A DNA stretch of 41,988 bases, from positions 1 through 41,988 of the forward strand of contig JYFJ02003416.1 of the NCBI GenBank assembly GCA_000934665.2, in the 5' to 3' direction. Under the pieces are notes generated by a model. That model was not told the DNA's origin, did no database searches, and saw nothing but the letters and a program-made list of their open reading frames with translations. This stretch comes from Catajapyx aquilonaris. Taxonomy: Eukaryota. Position numbers and translations under genes: made by a program. Position 1 is the stretch's first letter, and each line of letters starts with the position of its first letter. Positions 24,237 through 35,913 of the stretch are shown one piece after another.

Positions 24237-27200
24237 CTGCAAAGAGACAAGAGGGTCCCCTGAGTGTTTCTTGTTATCTCTCTTGCTCTCCCCGATCCAC
24301 TGCTTAGTTTTTTAACACAGTAAGTAGCGCAGTCAACACAAATTAGTGAGATGTTAATAGTTTATTTTCTAAGTTTCACAAAGTTACAAAATGATAAATC
24401 AAGTTCTACATCTTCCCAAAAATTCTCTCATCTAATTACCTTGTGACGTGAAAAAAAAAATCCTCATAAAATTGTGAATCAATCTAGAAGAACCTACCTG
24501 AATTTTCAGGTCATTACAATAATTCATAAATGCAAATCTCCGAATTCAGGGGGCAAAAAAAGCTCCTGAGATGCGTTTGAAGAACAGTACAATTTTATAA
24601 TATACATCAACTTCTTAATCATTCTGCAAAATCTACTAAAAATGCTATGTCCGAGTACTTGGAATTCAAACGAAGCATTGCATACTAGAACTCAAGTCCA
24701 CTTTTAACTCCTCAAGAGTCAAAGAGCATGTAGAATTGAAGACTTGACAGGTCAACCTCAGGGATGTCTTCCAGAATACTGGCATTAAATATTCACATTA
24801 ATTTTATATTAATGTAGTTTCAGTTAGAGTGGAGTGCCTTTTAGCTGCAAAATAATAAAGAAACAAATCTGACATTTTACAAATTTGAAGTGGAGGCAAG
24901 GAAGAGCCTCTCCTCTAAACCAGATTTATCTGAAGGTCCAACTGACATCATTACCAATCACATGATTGTTGGCAATATTTTACAAGATTAATATTCAGAG
25001 AGAGAACAGGTGTCATATGATCAAATGTGCCAAAAAAAACAACATCTGCACTGTCTACAGCATGGCTCATTAACTCCCTGCCTGACCCAGTTATTAGACT
25101 CTGTACTTGGTGCTTTACTAAGCATAAATATTACAAATTGTGGGTTTCATTAGTTAAATATGAAATTATGATCATTCAAGCTTTTATAATTGTATGAGTG
25201 ACAGAAGCACACTTCTAGCCTGCTTGCCTCTGAGCATGGACACTACAGTCCAGATAAAAATATTGGAAATGCAGGAGGGTGGGAGGGAGAGGGGTATAGC
25301 AGGGAAGGGTGGTATCAATATGAATTTTCTAAGAATTTCAGTATATATTTTGGTGTTTTGTAATAAAGGTATACTAACTTGTCACCAATTAATTGTAGTT
25401 TTTCACTCAAGAAACACATTACTACTGTGTTACATAAGCAGATGAGGAGTCAGAACTTTATCGAAAAGTCTTCTCAGAAACAAATGTGCTGCCAATACAA
25501 TGTCATAATTCATAACTGCTCCACTCCGTACCCTTCAAGTTATACTAATCTCTTCTCAAATTTACAACTTTGCAGGAATGGTCATAACTTTTCAAACTAG
25601 GCACACCCAGAACACATGACCAATCAACAATTTTACACTCATGGCCACAGAGAAGCATATTAATACAGAAACATCAGCTGTTTCACAGAAAGGTTTGAAA
25701 AATAACCCTATTGTATCTTATGAATATCTGAAAACGCAATTTCTCAAGTCAAGCCAATCTTTTCCCTGCCTCTGACTATCTCAAAATGTCTTTTTGGAGA
25801 GAAAAAATGGCATGCATTAAATTCAATTTTTCAAGTTAGACAGATCTGACTTATTATGCTTCAGTTACATCAATTAATATTGACTGTGAGAAGGCAACAC
25901 ATCTAGGTTTTCTCTGGTTCTGAACACGTACTTTTACCAACATTTCTCATTACCATTGGACATGTTTCTTAGGATTGGTTTTAATTCCATAATTTTTATT
26001 AGAGGATGCTCACAAATACAATTAAAAAGTGAAATTCATTCTTTTTCCAGCAAATATTTGAGTTTTTAAATTGTGGTCTGCAAGTGGAAAAGTTTGAATT
26101 TTTTCATATTAACATGGCCATAAGATCTTTGACTTTCCATAATTATGTCAGTTTATGTAGCACTAGCATATGATTCACAATTTTTAAAGCAGTTTATTGT
26201 TCACCAATTCTGAAGTTTAAGAAAATTATTTGTCTGTTTGATTGGGAAACTCTTAACCACTCCTGGTCCCTGGTTGCGGAAAATTGACGATGGCATGCTA
26301 TTAGTTACGTATGGTAATATGACCAATGTCTCCCATTTTATATAGCACTGTGCGATTATAAATTCACTGTCGTTGGTTAAATGCCAGTGGCAGTTAACAA
26401 TGCTTATGCTATCAGTGGAAATTTCAAAGAAAAATGGTGGGAGTTTTGCCCTTCCGCTAAGTCATTGCTAGAGGCATGCTTCTGCAGTGAAGCTTCTGCC
26501 ATAAGCATTTTCATGCTGACATGTAGCACTGTTGTGAACTTTAGACATAAGAATTTAAAATCCATCGCAAATTGGAAAATATTTTCACAATATTTTAAGT
26601 ACTTTCACTGCTACCTGATGTCTAGCCCGAGTTGATACTTGGCATATCTCACACCCTGGCACTCATTTTTCATAAAAAATCACTCACACCCTCCCTAAAC
26701 TTGAGCTCACCCTGTATTCTCAATTGACACATTGTAAATGAGTACTCTCACATTAAGGCAAATATTCAACTTGTAACCTATCACACAACAAACAGTTTCA
26801 GAAATGTCATGTCTAAAGATGAAAGACATGTGGATAGCTACCTCGTATCTGTTAACTCCAGTTGGTGTGGACGTGATGACTTTCTTTCAACTTTAACAGC
26901 TACTGATTTGATGTGCTGCACTGCTTAGTGTTAAATACAAGAAGAATGCCATTTTTCACATCCCCTCAATCCTTGCTGCACCAGTTCATACCATAGTCAA
27001 TGATGCTAACATCCCAATATCGTCACTAAAAGTTCAACCTACCCAGTTCCTGCCATCCATAAATCAAACAAAAAACATGCCAGAGATGGAAACAACCCCA
27101 CTTTGTAGATATAAATATATTATTTGAGCCCTACCATAACAAAGGACTCGTTTATGTAACAAAGTGTACCCCAGCTACAATAATTTGGTAACCACAGAGA

Positions 27201-27595
27201 ATATCATCTTGACATACGTGTGAGAGCCACACACTTGGGGCTAATCACATGACAAAAATTTACAGAAAATCTTGGAGAGGTATTCCCAATGTGTAACCTG
27301 ACAAAAAAATATGAGATTTTCCTTGTAATATCTGTTATTACAACTGGCCCTTACTGTATCTTAGAAATGTTTTTAGAGAATCACTTAATGCTTCAGAGCA
27401 AGAATGTTAATAACCAAATTTCAATCTAAAATTTTATAATAAAACTTATGGCCCAGCATTTAATTTGACAATTACAATAAAACTAGAATTTTATAAATAT
27501 TCTATGTTAATGAAAAGTCACAGATTTATTATGTGCTTAGCAATCTCTCTTCTTAAATAAATTCACGTTTACTTTTCTTTTTATATCAAATCGTA

Positions 27596-28563
27596 CACTA
27601 CCCTGCATTAATGGCTTTGCACAGACATTGCCACCTGGCAGACATAAGTTCCGGCAGCTGCGTCCAAAATACTGGGGACAGCTCAAGACTGCTCCCGAGA
27701 CTGCTCAAGACATCGCGGTGGATTCAAACGATTGCTACAAAGATGGATCATAGATATATCATATGTATCTATAGGATGGATTATAAAACCATTGTGATTC
27801 CTCTCAATGCACTGAAGTTGTGAATCTGTTTATTACACCAACCACGATAATGCTTATTAGTAATATTATTGCCTCTTGTTCGTGTGTTTGGGATGGCCAG
27901 GTGGATTGTTCCTGGTCATTGCTGGTAACCCCATCTTGGGAATATGCCGTGAGTGTAACGAATGAATGAAAGAATGAATGAATGAATGAATGGTCTCTTG
28001 TTACTAAATGTATGGCTGTATAGGGGACTTTTGGGAGTGCACGTAAACAGCATCACTCTTCTCTTATCATTTCACTGTTAAATTCAGGAGTTTTAATACA
28101 CTGTAGTAAAACAACGCAAGTCATATAGGGTAGTGCAAAAAGATTGGGCATAGGCGACAACTGTCATTCGAGAGACTCCCGTATGACTCTGACTAATGAT
28201 TGGCAATGGATAACATTTCTTGTCAAGCCCAGCAGATCCTACCCCTTCCTTGTAGATAACTTCTGAATTATAAAGTGAAATGATGAGCGAAGAGTGATGC
28301 TGTTTACACGCACTCCAAAAAGTCCCCCATGAAATAAGAATACACGTGGTCCATGACTCACTGTCAGTGTAATCACACAACCTCAGTGCATTGATAGGAA
28401 TCACAATGGCCTTATGATCCATCCCAGATATATCAATGATCCATCGTTGTAGCAAGATTTTGAATCCACCGCGATATCTTGAACTGTCTCAGTATTTTGG
28501 ACGCAGCCGCAGCTGCTTATTTCCGCAAGATGGCGATGTCTGTCCATAGCCATTAATGCAGTG
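27596..28563. mobile_element. Long palindromic TA-flanked DNA transposon derivative with a secondary insertion in the left arm
   Basis: Outer arms 27603-27822 and about 28370-28561 are inverted (ctgcattaatggc...gccattaatgcag). Inner arms about 28020-28100 and 28252-28331 are also inverted. About 27825-27991 has no partner and ends in (GAAT)n. Confidence 0.75.
27960..27991 (+). repeat. (GAAT)n microsatellite, likely a retroposon tail
   Basis: gaatgaatgaaagaatgaatgaatgaatgaat. Confidence 0.65.
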
Positions 28564-30777
28564 TACTGTACAAGATTATCCTGACATGATGAACAGTGAT
28601 ATAGGAGTAAATTTCAGAATTATATCCCTTAATACTAATTAAAGGGGTATATTACTTTGTTTTTTTTGTCTATGTTGAGAGGGACCAAGAAAAACCTGCT
28701 GTTATAGCTGACTGATAATGAACAAAATCACACCTAATGTCCCTGCCTTGGGTTGGTCTGCAAGACTTTGGTAGGCTGGGTTACAGCCAATAAATCATTT
28801 TCTCGCTATGGACTGTGGAGTCATCGCATTCCAACAGGTGCACTGGGAAATGGATTCTCTTCAGCATATTTTTTTCTTTCTTTCTTTCCTACATAATCAG
28901 TTGTTCAAGGTACCCACACCAACAGCAGTGCCATGCGGTGACCTCTGACCCTGGATGCGTCCTTTGACTGGAAAAACTCCACGGGCCCCACCAAAGACTG
29001 AGAGACAATAATACCCTGTGACAAGCCTGATGCAAGGCCAACTCCATCAACAATGTATGCATGGCCCACCTGAGATCCTAGCCTAAGAGTGATGCTCAGT
29101 ACCTCACTGGGCATTTCCCCCTCAATCTTGAGCCCACAATTTTCATTTTTCAAACTACAAAGAGCATGGATTTCCTGCCATGTACTGAGCACCAGCCACA
29201 TTTGTCCTTTACAACAAGCATCCCAGAATGGAGCAAGACTGCAGCAAGTTTGCTGCCATTGTTCCTGTGTAGGGTGTGGTAACAAAATTCCATATCCACA
29301 TTACATGGTAACATTTACCATGCACCCACCCTCCCACAGCAGCACCAGATGTAGCAATGGCGGACTCTGAACTGATGAGTAGAGAATTGGTCATAGTAAG
29401 AAAATGCAAATTCTAATATTTATTCTAGTGAACAGGGATTTGTTATTTGTATCATTGAACAGCTGCTTCCTCTACTGACGTGTCCACTTTGAGACCTGCA
29501 TGATTTTTAAAATTTCTCTTAAAAAAGCTACTTGTGAGCACTAACAAGACCCAAGTTACGTGGGGGCAGTGAACCCAGGGTATGGATCATAAGTTGCTAG
29601 GTGTTCTCAGGTAAGCCAACTGGAGCAAACAATGCCAAATTAATCATTATTTTGGGTGTGCCCATGTGCACTACAAGTACATTTCAACCTAGTGTTGCAT
29701 AACCAAAAACCTGCAGAGATTGCAAGTGCCACGAAAAAATTATTCCTGCATATGAGTGTTTAGAAAAAGATTTAAAATTACACTGTTATATTGAGTCTTG
29801 TGTGTTGAAAGGCAGTTCAAATGTACGACTGTGTATCATTGCATAGCTCCTGTAATCTTCCTGTATTTTACCAGAAGTACATCCAAATGATTATTTACAT
29901 GCACCCCAAAATAATCACAAAAGTTTTCCAGGTTCCTGAACTAACTGAGGTGGCAGAGAAGTTAAGAATGACTTATCTCACAATGTGAATCATCTGCACT
30001 AGTGGTTTATGAGGTTGCTCCAAGGTAAGCCAAGAACAGATCGAAAGCTCAATTCCTTAGTGCAGTTGTATGGGCAAATTACAATTCCCTTAGGACAGCA
30101 AGTGGCCATCATAATCTATCACCCTTCTCTTATGTGGCCCACCATTAAAAAACAATGGTTTAAAAAAACATTGTCCTTCACACCATTCAATATTAAGACA
30201 GCCTGTGCATTCAATGTCATTCCTGAAGTAACAACTCTTTCACTCAGCAATGTGATTTTCCAAACCCCCTAATGCAACATTTGAACTCAGCTGTCAGTGA
30301 CTCTTTGAATTAGAGTGGATGCCAGAGCTAGCTAGACATGTGAGGCCCAATATAAAGAGTTGGCAGTTATAATATTACACATTGTAATTTATGTGAATAA
30401 AATGTAAAAGCTAACAATAAACATGGTCCAAGAGCTCATAAGTGTACTGTCAAAATAAATATTCAACACAAAAGGTATACATATTCCTCTTCACTTTATT
30501 TATATTTAAAAACAGTTTTCAAAATGACTTGAGCATGCAATTATTCATTATGTGATATTCACACATATATAGTTTGCCTCGTAGGACTTTCTCAAATTCA
30601 CAAAGTCATTGCAAACGAAACATCTTCAAAATAAGTTACAATGAAATCGTTCATTAACACATGAGCATAGTAGGTACAGCAAAGATTGCTCAGGAGGTGA
30701 TCCAACATGCCCTTGTCTAAGTAGTCTTTTTTTGTTGGCAAAACATGATCAACCATCAGTAGGCCTACTGAGGATGT

Positions 30778-31058
30778 TCACCACATTTTCCCCTTGGGAA
30801 GCACATGTCCCAAAGTCCTGCAATGTCTCTTAAGTGAGTCCATTCGAGTGAAACCAGACCCACACTCATTACAGAGGTACTGTGCTTGCACCCCACACTC
30901 CAGGGCTAAATGCCTCCGCAGCCCACTTTTGAATTTGTACCTCCTACTGCAACGGTGACAGACCCAACTGGGCACTGACTCAAGCGAATGACTATGCAAG
31001 TCCCGGCTCAAATCTGGCGTGGGAAGAGGATCAGCGAATAGGTCCGGCGACCATGCAT
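30778..31058 (-). CDS. lola: lola-like alternative terminal exon ZF-9
   Basis: Acceptor cccctccctgccgttgcag|AT GCA (phase 1), with a second in-frame acceptor giving exon start 31013. Encodes WVCHRCSRRYKFKSGLRRHLALECGVQAQYLCNECGSGFTRMDSLKRHCRTLGH. Confidence 0.87.
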
Positions 31059-31144
31059 CTGCAACGGCAGGGAGGGGATGTGCGTTTAATTATGCCATTG
31101 AACCATTACATGAGGGAACCAACCAAATACCCCCCATCTTTCCT

Positions 31145-31401
31145 TCAATGCCTGGTGACCCAGTGGCTTTTGAGCTGGGCCTTGTGCCTGAACTTAAGTC
31201 CACACTGCCCACACTGGAACTTAGGCTCCACTCCGCACTCAAACTTAACATGCCTCCAGAGTGAGCGTGCCACGCAGTAACCCTTCCCGCATTTCTGGCA
31301 CACATGGGGCCGCTCCTCAGGTGATGAATACTCTACCATCGGCCTACTATCTGTTACGTACGCTCCACTAAATGTGGGTGGGGCCACTACATAGACGCAG
31401 C
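31145..31401 (-). CDS. lola: lola-like alternative terminal exon ZF-10
   Basis: Acceptor ttcccttccctccttttccag|GC TGC (phase 1). Encodes HVCQKCGKGYCVARSLWRHVKFECGVEPKFQCGQCGLKFRHKAQLKSHWVTRH. Confidence 0.9.
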
Positions 31402-31669
31402 CTGGAAAAGGAGGGAAGGGAAAGGTAGAGCAGAGGACAGGGTGGTGGGCAATGCATGGAAAGAAAAGAGGAAACCTTGGTAAGAGCCTAATAGCAAGTT
31501 GCAACTAGAACACTTTGAAATAACTCTTTGGAATAATTTCTTGTAATACTGGCACTCAGATACATTTCCCATCTCAGCCCCCTACCCTTTGTAATTCCCA
31601 CCATCAAGCATCCTGTCAGCCTTTGTTAGCAGTAATGTCAAGTGTGTGCATGTGTGGTCCATTATATCT

Positions 31670-31977
31670 TTACAGCATGGAAAAGTCTCCCAGGAAGTGA
31701 AGTTTCTGTTTCTGGTGGCACCGTAGCACATCTCTTCGACTGAATCTTTTCGAGCAAACAGGGCAACAGAACTGCTTCTCCACACCACACTCGTAACGCA
31801 AGTGCCGGTCTAAGGTGTAATTCACAGAATACTTTCGATTGCACCGAGGGCATGATAGCTTCCCATCTTCACCGGGAACGAAGACCAGACTGCCACCACC
31901 CCCACCACTACCCATTTCTTCTGAAGCCTCAGAAGAACTATGCTGCTGAGTCCATGATCGGGGCAAAATCCATGGCT
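31670..31977 (-). CDS. lola: lola-like alternative terminal exon ZF-11
   Basis: Acceptor tttactcttgttgcag|AG CCA (phase 1). Encodes LSCPRCNRKYSVNYTLDRHLRYECGVEKQFCCPVCSKRFSRRDVLRCHQKQKLH. Confidence 0.9.
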
Positions 31978-32733
31978 CTGCAACAAGAGTAAATCTATTA
32001 CTCTGAAGAATATGTAGAATCCAATCATAGCTATCTACGGCGTGATAAGATTGTCTCTTGTCTCTCTTGTGGCAATACTTGTCAATTCAGTTATGCTCAA
32101 GAAAATTAACAACAAACAAATGAAATGATAACTATTCATTTAACCCAATAAAGTAAGGCTAAATCTCATCAAATAGTTTAAAATTTGTTCAATGCAGGGC
32201 CATTATTTAAAATTTTTGATGTATTCTATTCATTTCTGATTTCCAAGTCTCAAACTCTTACCTCAATCCTCAAAACTCTCCTGGAGGAATACAACATCCC
32301 ATATCTTCTCTGACGGTAAAGTGAAGCAATTTGCCGATGATGCTCCTATATTCCTGCTCTCACAAGCTGTCAAATCTAACTCCTAATATGTTGCATAATC
32401 AAAAACATGGGAGTACAGAGGCATGTCCAATAAACCTGGTTATGAAAGCCCCATAGTGCCTCTTTTACCATACACACGATCCATCAACAATAACCGAGTG
32501 CTCCCATATACCCGAAGAACAGATATGAGTGGGTGTAGATACTGCCTGCTCCGCCACATCCGAGTGCAAATCAAGAGATAATTCATTTTAAGGAAATGCG
32601 TACCAGAACTTGGAAGTATGAGCTACACTTTCCCTTCCCAAAGCACAATGCAAGTTATTTGCTACTATGTTAATTTTGTCTACTCAACTTCTTCCCACGC
32701 CCCATCTCATCTCCCTCCCTCCCCCACACTCAT

Positions 32734-32760
32734 TCTCTCTCTCTCTCACACACACACACA
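32734..32760. repeat. Compound (CT)n(CA)n microsatellite
   Basis: tctctctctctctcacacacacacaca. Confidence 0.8.
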
Positions 32761-35172
32761 TACAACCAATAAGCACGCATTATTAATTTCCAACTAAATA
32801 ACAATGCCTTTTTCATCCACTACAATTGGCAGGCACTAGTCACGAAGCCAAAACATTATCATCTGTCTTACATAATTGAAATAATCTAAGATTTTCAGTG
32901 AAACAAAGCAAAACAAAACCTTGGAAATACGTTACACACCTGTATGCAGGAAGGAGGGCCCCCTCTGCTTTCAGAGGCCCATTTGCCCCATAACTGTACA
33001 AACTGCATCAGCACACCAACTCGGAACAGTCTTCTGTCTTGACAACCCTTCTTCTCTGCTCTTCTAATATACTGTGACTTGGACTTTCCTCTCATAATAA
33101 TACTTTTGTTTCCAAAATCTTTGTATATTGTACATGAATAACCAACCACATGAGAGGTATTACCATATGCAACTAATAAAATTATTCCAAAGAAGACTGG
33201 AGTGGTGTAAAAATATTGTATGTGATCATTACACTGCAAAACATGTTCTAGCCTTATGCGTAAGGAGAAGGATTTTTTTTGTGTTTTTTTTTGGTGCCTG
33301 TTACTCGTAGGAGGTACCAATATTCCTTGTGGACCAACTTTATGTTTATAATGCAAACTGTTGGACACTTTTTTAGATATGACACAATTTCCCTATGCTT
33401 CACCCCATGTCAGTCATTCCACCTAACAAAAGAGGAAGCCATTCACAACTGATGACAACTTGATTCCCCAGTTAAAACGATTCATGAACCAATGTCTACC
33501 CACCCTCGCAATGGCCAGGTATTTTGGGTGCTCAACGAAGTCAACACGTCACAATCTATCCCAATGGATCTTACCTTAGGTGCAAGGCTAAATATTCAGT
33601 TCAGTAACTCCCATTCAATTCACACAGTCGACACTAATTATAATAATCGTGATCCTACTTGCTTTACAGCATGCCATATGTGAGCCATATTATGTTTATT
33701 CAATGAAATAAAGTCATAGCTCACAGCATTCCAAGTGGGCTTCATCTGCATTGTGTTCCAATAGTAAAAAAGGCCTCCAAAAAATTGAAAACAAAATAAT
33801 AACTGCCATTATGTAAAAACAAAAACGCATAAAAGCCACAAGCCATGTAGAGCCTCAACACGAATTTAATACAAGAGAACAGCCTGCTAGAAAATCAAGC
33901 CAACGTAATGTCACACTAAAGTTATGTGGTGCTAGTTTCTCTTTAAGGGCTTTCCCCTGGAGTGGGCTGTATGCTACTTAACTGCAAAAATTCATATTGG
34001 GAAAAAGTAACCATATCCAAACAGGGACGAATGACTCCCTTGATCCCACGTTCTTCTATTAGGGGAAGAGTCCCCAATTTTGGATACATTTACTTGACAG
34101 ACACAACAACCAAGGAGCCTTGGTACATGGGGATTTTCCCTTGGGCGGCACATTTCAACTAAAACTGTTAAAAGTGCTGATCCTGCATGAAATAATTCAG
34201 TCGAAGGTATGTTTGAACCAACACATTGTAAATTATGCATAGAGAGGAATGCTTGAGGGTAGGGAGTAGGAAGCAGGGAGGGGGAAAAGTTGTGCATGTG
34301 TAGCATAGTATGCCCCATCACTATATATCCTGTCATGCCAGCCCCTAATTGCATCTAAACATAATTGGAATCTACTAATTCCGACAACCTGTGATGCATG
34401 AGGAGGAAATTGAGTGTGTAACTTTCTTACGTACTAGGAGCCTTTGACCACCTGCAAGCTGGTGTGTAACAAAAGTTGCATGTACCAAAGCTCCTCTAAC
34501 AACATGCACAAAAAAAGGTACACAAGAAAAAAATATCATTCCACAGGTGAGGCTGACATTTACAATTACCAAAAAACCTACACATCAGGCAAAGTATTAC
34601 ATTTACAACTGCCCATGGCAATGTGTATTTCTTCACTGGATCCACCAGATTCTTCTCCAAATCCAAAACAATGTATCCTTGTTAAGACATCCCTTGCCTT
34701 TCTATAACCAAATACTTGTCACTGAAAAAATCACAGCATAAGAGAGCTGGCTATACTGTTTTCAAGCCCCACATGTGGAATGTTATGGCACAAAGCACAT
34801 CACTGCAGTAACCACCACTGGGTTCAATAGAATCTAATATTCACTTTTTCATTATGAAAGTAATTGTAATGCTATCAGATACTATCACCACAGTATTACC
34901 ACAGTCAAAGAAGCAATAATGCTCTCAATAGCAATCATGTAGGGGATACAGAAACACCATCCCACAGTAGTCACTTGCCATTGAACATGCTCTGTGCCAC
35001 AATGAAACTGGAAAACATGTCCTTACCTTGTTGACCTTCCCTTTGAGATCCATCTTGTGATGATGCAAATACTTCATCCCCTGAGCTTTCAGGTGGAACC
35101 AGCCAGGGTGCAAAGCCTAGAAAGAAGAAAACAAACATCTACCTTAGGAAGAACACTTGCATATTCATTATA

Positions 35173-35913
35173 CAGGGGTGGGGGAAATGAACAACAGGAT
35201 TTGAATCACGTGGGACGGTGGTGCTATTTGCACATGAGCGAGAGATTGGCATGTGCTGGAGTGGGGAAGGTATGCCATTTGCAAAAATAGCATCGTGGTC
35301 AGCAGAAAACCATGCATACATCGTGAAGGATTATTTTGAAAATAATGAGTCCCCCATAGCTGTACAAAGTATCTTTCTTCGCCTTTTTGGGCTGGAACCT
35401 CAGGAAGTCCCCAACCACCGGACGTTCATAAAGTGGGTGGAGCAGTTCTGGGACACAGCTTCAAGCCGGGTCCAGACAGCACTGGATGTAAAAGGACACA
35501 TCAGACCCCTCAACGGAGCTTCAAATGGCCGATCGCTGAGGACTTCGGAGTAGCGCATTGCTTACCTCTTGTACCCGTTGAGGGGTCGTATGTGTTCTTT
35601 GATGTCCAGTACTTTCTGGTCCCGGCTTGAAGCTGTGTCCCAAAACTGCTTCACCCACCTTATGAACGGTCCAGTGGTCAGGGACTTTTTTCACAGCCCA
35701 AAAAGGCAAAGAAATATCCTTTGTAGAGCTACAGGGAACTCATTATTTTAAAAATAATTCTCCACAACGAATGCAAAGTGTTCTGCTGACCATGACACAA
35801 TATTTGCAAATGGCATACCTTCCCCACTCCAGCACATGCCAATATCCAGCATGCGCAAATAGCACCACCATACCACATGATTCAAATACTTTCTTTCATT
35901 TTGCCTAACCCTG
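35173..35913. mobile_element. Palindromic Tc1/mariner-superfamily derivative built from two 5' ends (N-terminal HTH, DUF4817-like)
   Basis: ta|caggg...ccctg|ta with ~350-bp inverted arms. ORF 35218-35553 contains WSAENHAYIVKDYFENNESPIAVQSIFLRLF...PNHRTFIKWVEQFWDTAS, resembling the N-terminal HTH of arthropod Tc1/mariner-like transposases. Confidence 0.82.

Larger units (their letters stand above)
4297..31977 (-). other. lola: Variable 3' region of a lola-like (longitudinals lacking) BTB-zinc finger gene: array of 11 alternative terminal zinc-finger exons
   Basis: Eleven same-strand exons, each with Py-tract+CAG acceptor in phase 1, a CCHC+C2H2 finger pair linked by ECGxxP/K, and its own stop. 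This matches the known lola variable exon architecture. The BTB common exons are not in the window, so gene identity is inferred from finger type and organisation. Confidence 0.85.

Noticed and set aside
26253..26380. TTAACC...GGTTAA piggyBac-like ends
   Set aside because: The inverted match is only about 7 bp including TTAA, compatible with chance.
4297..31977. Eleven independent small zinc-finger genes
   Set aside because: The track's start codons are mostly non-ATG or intronic (translating Py tracts as F/S/L/P runs), and all frames share a phase-1 acceptor.
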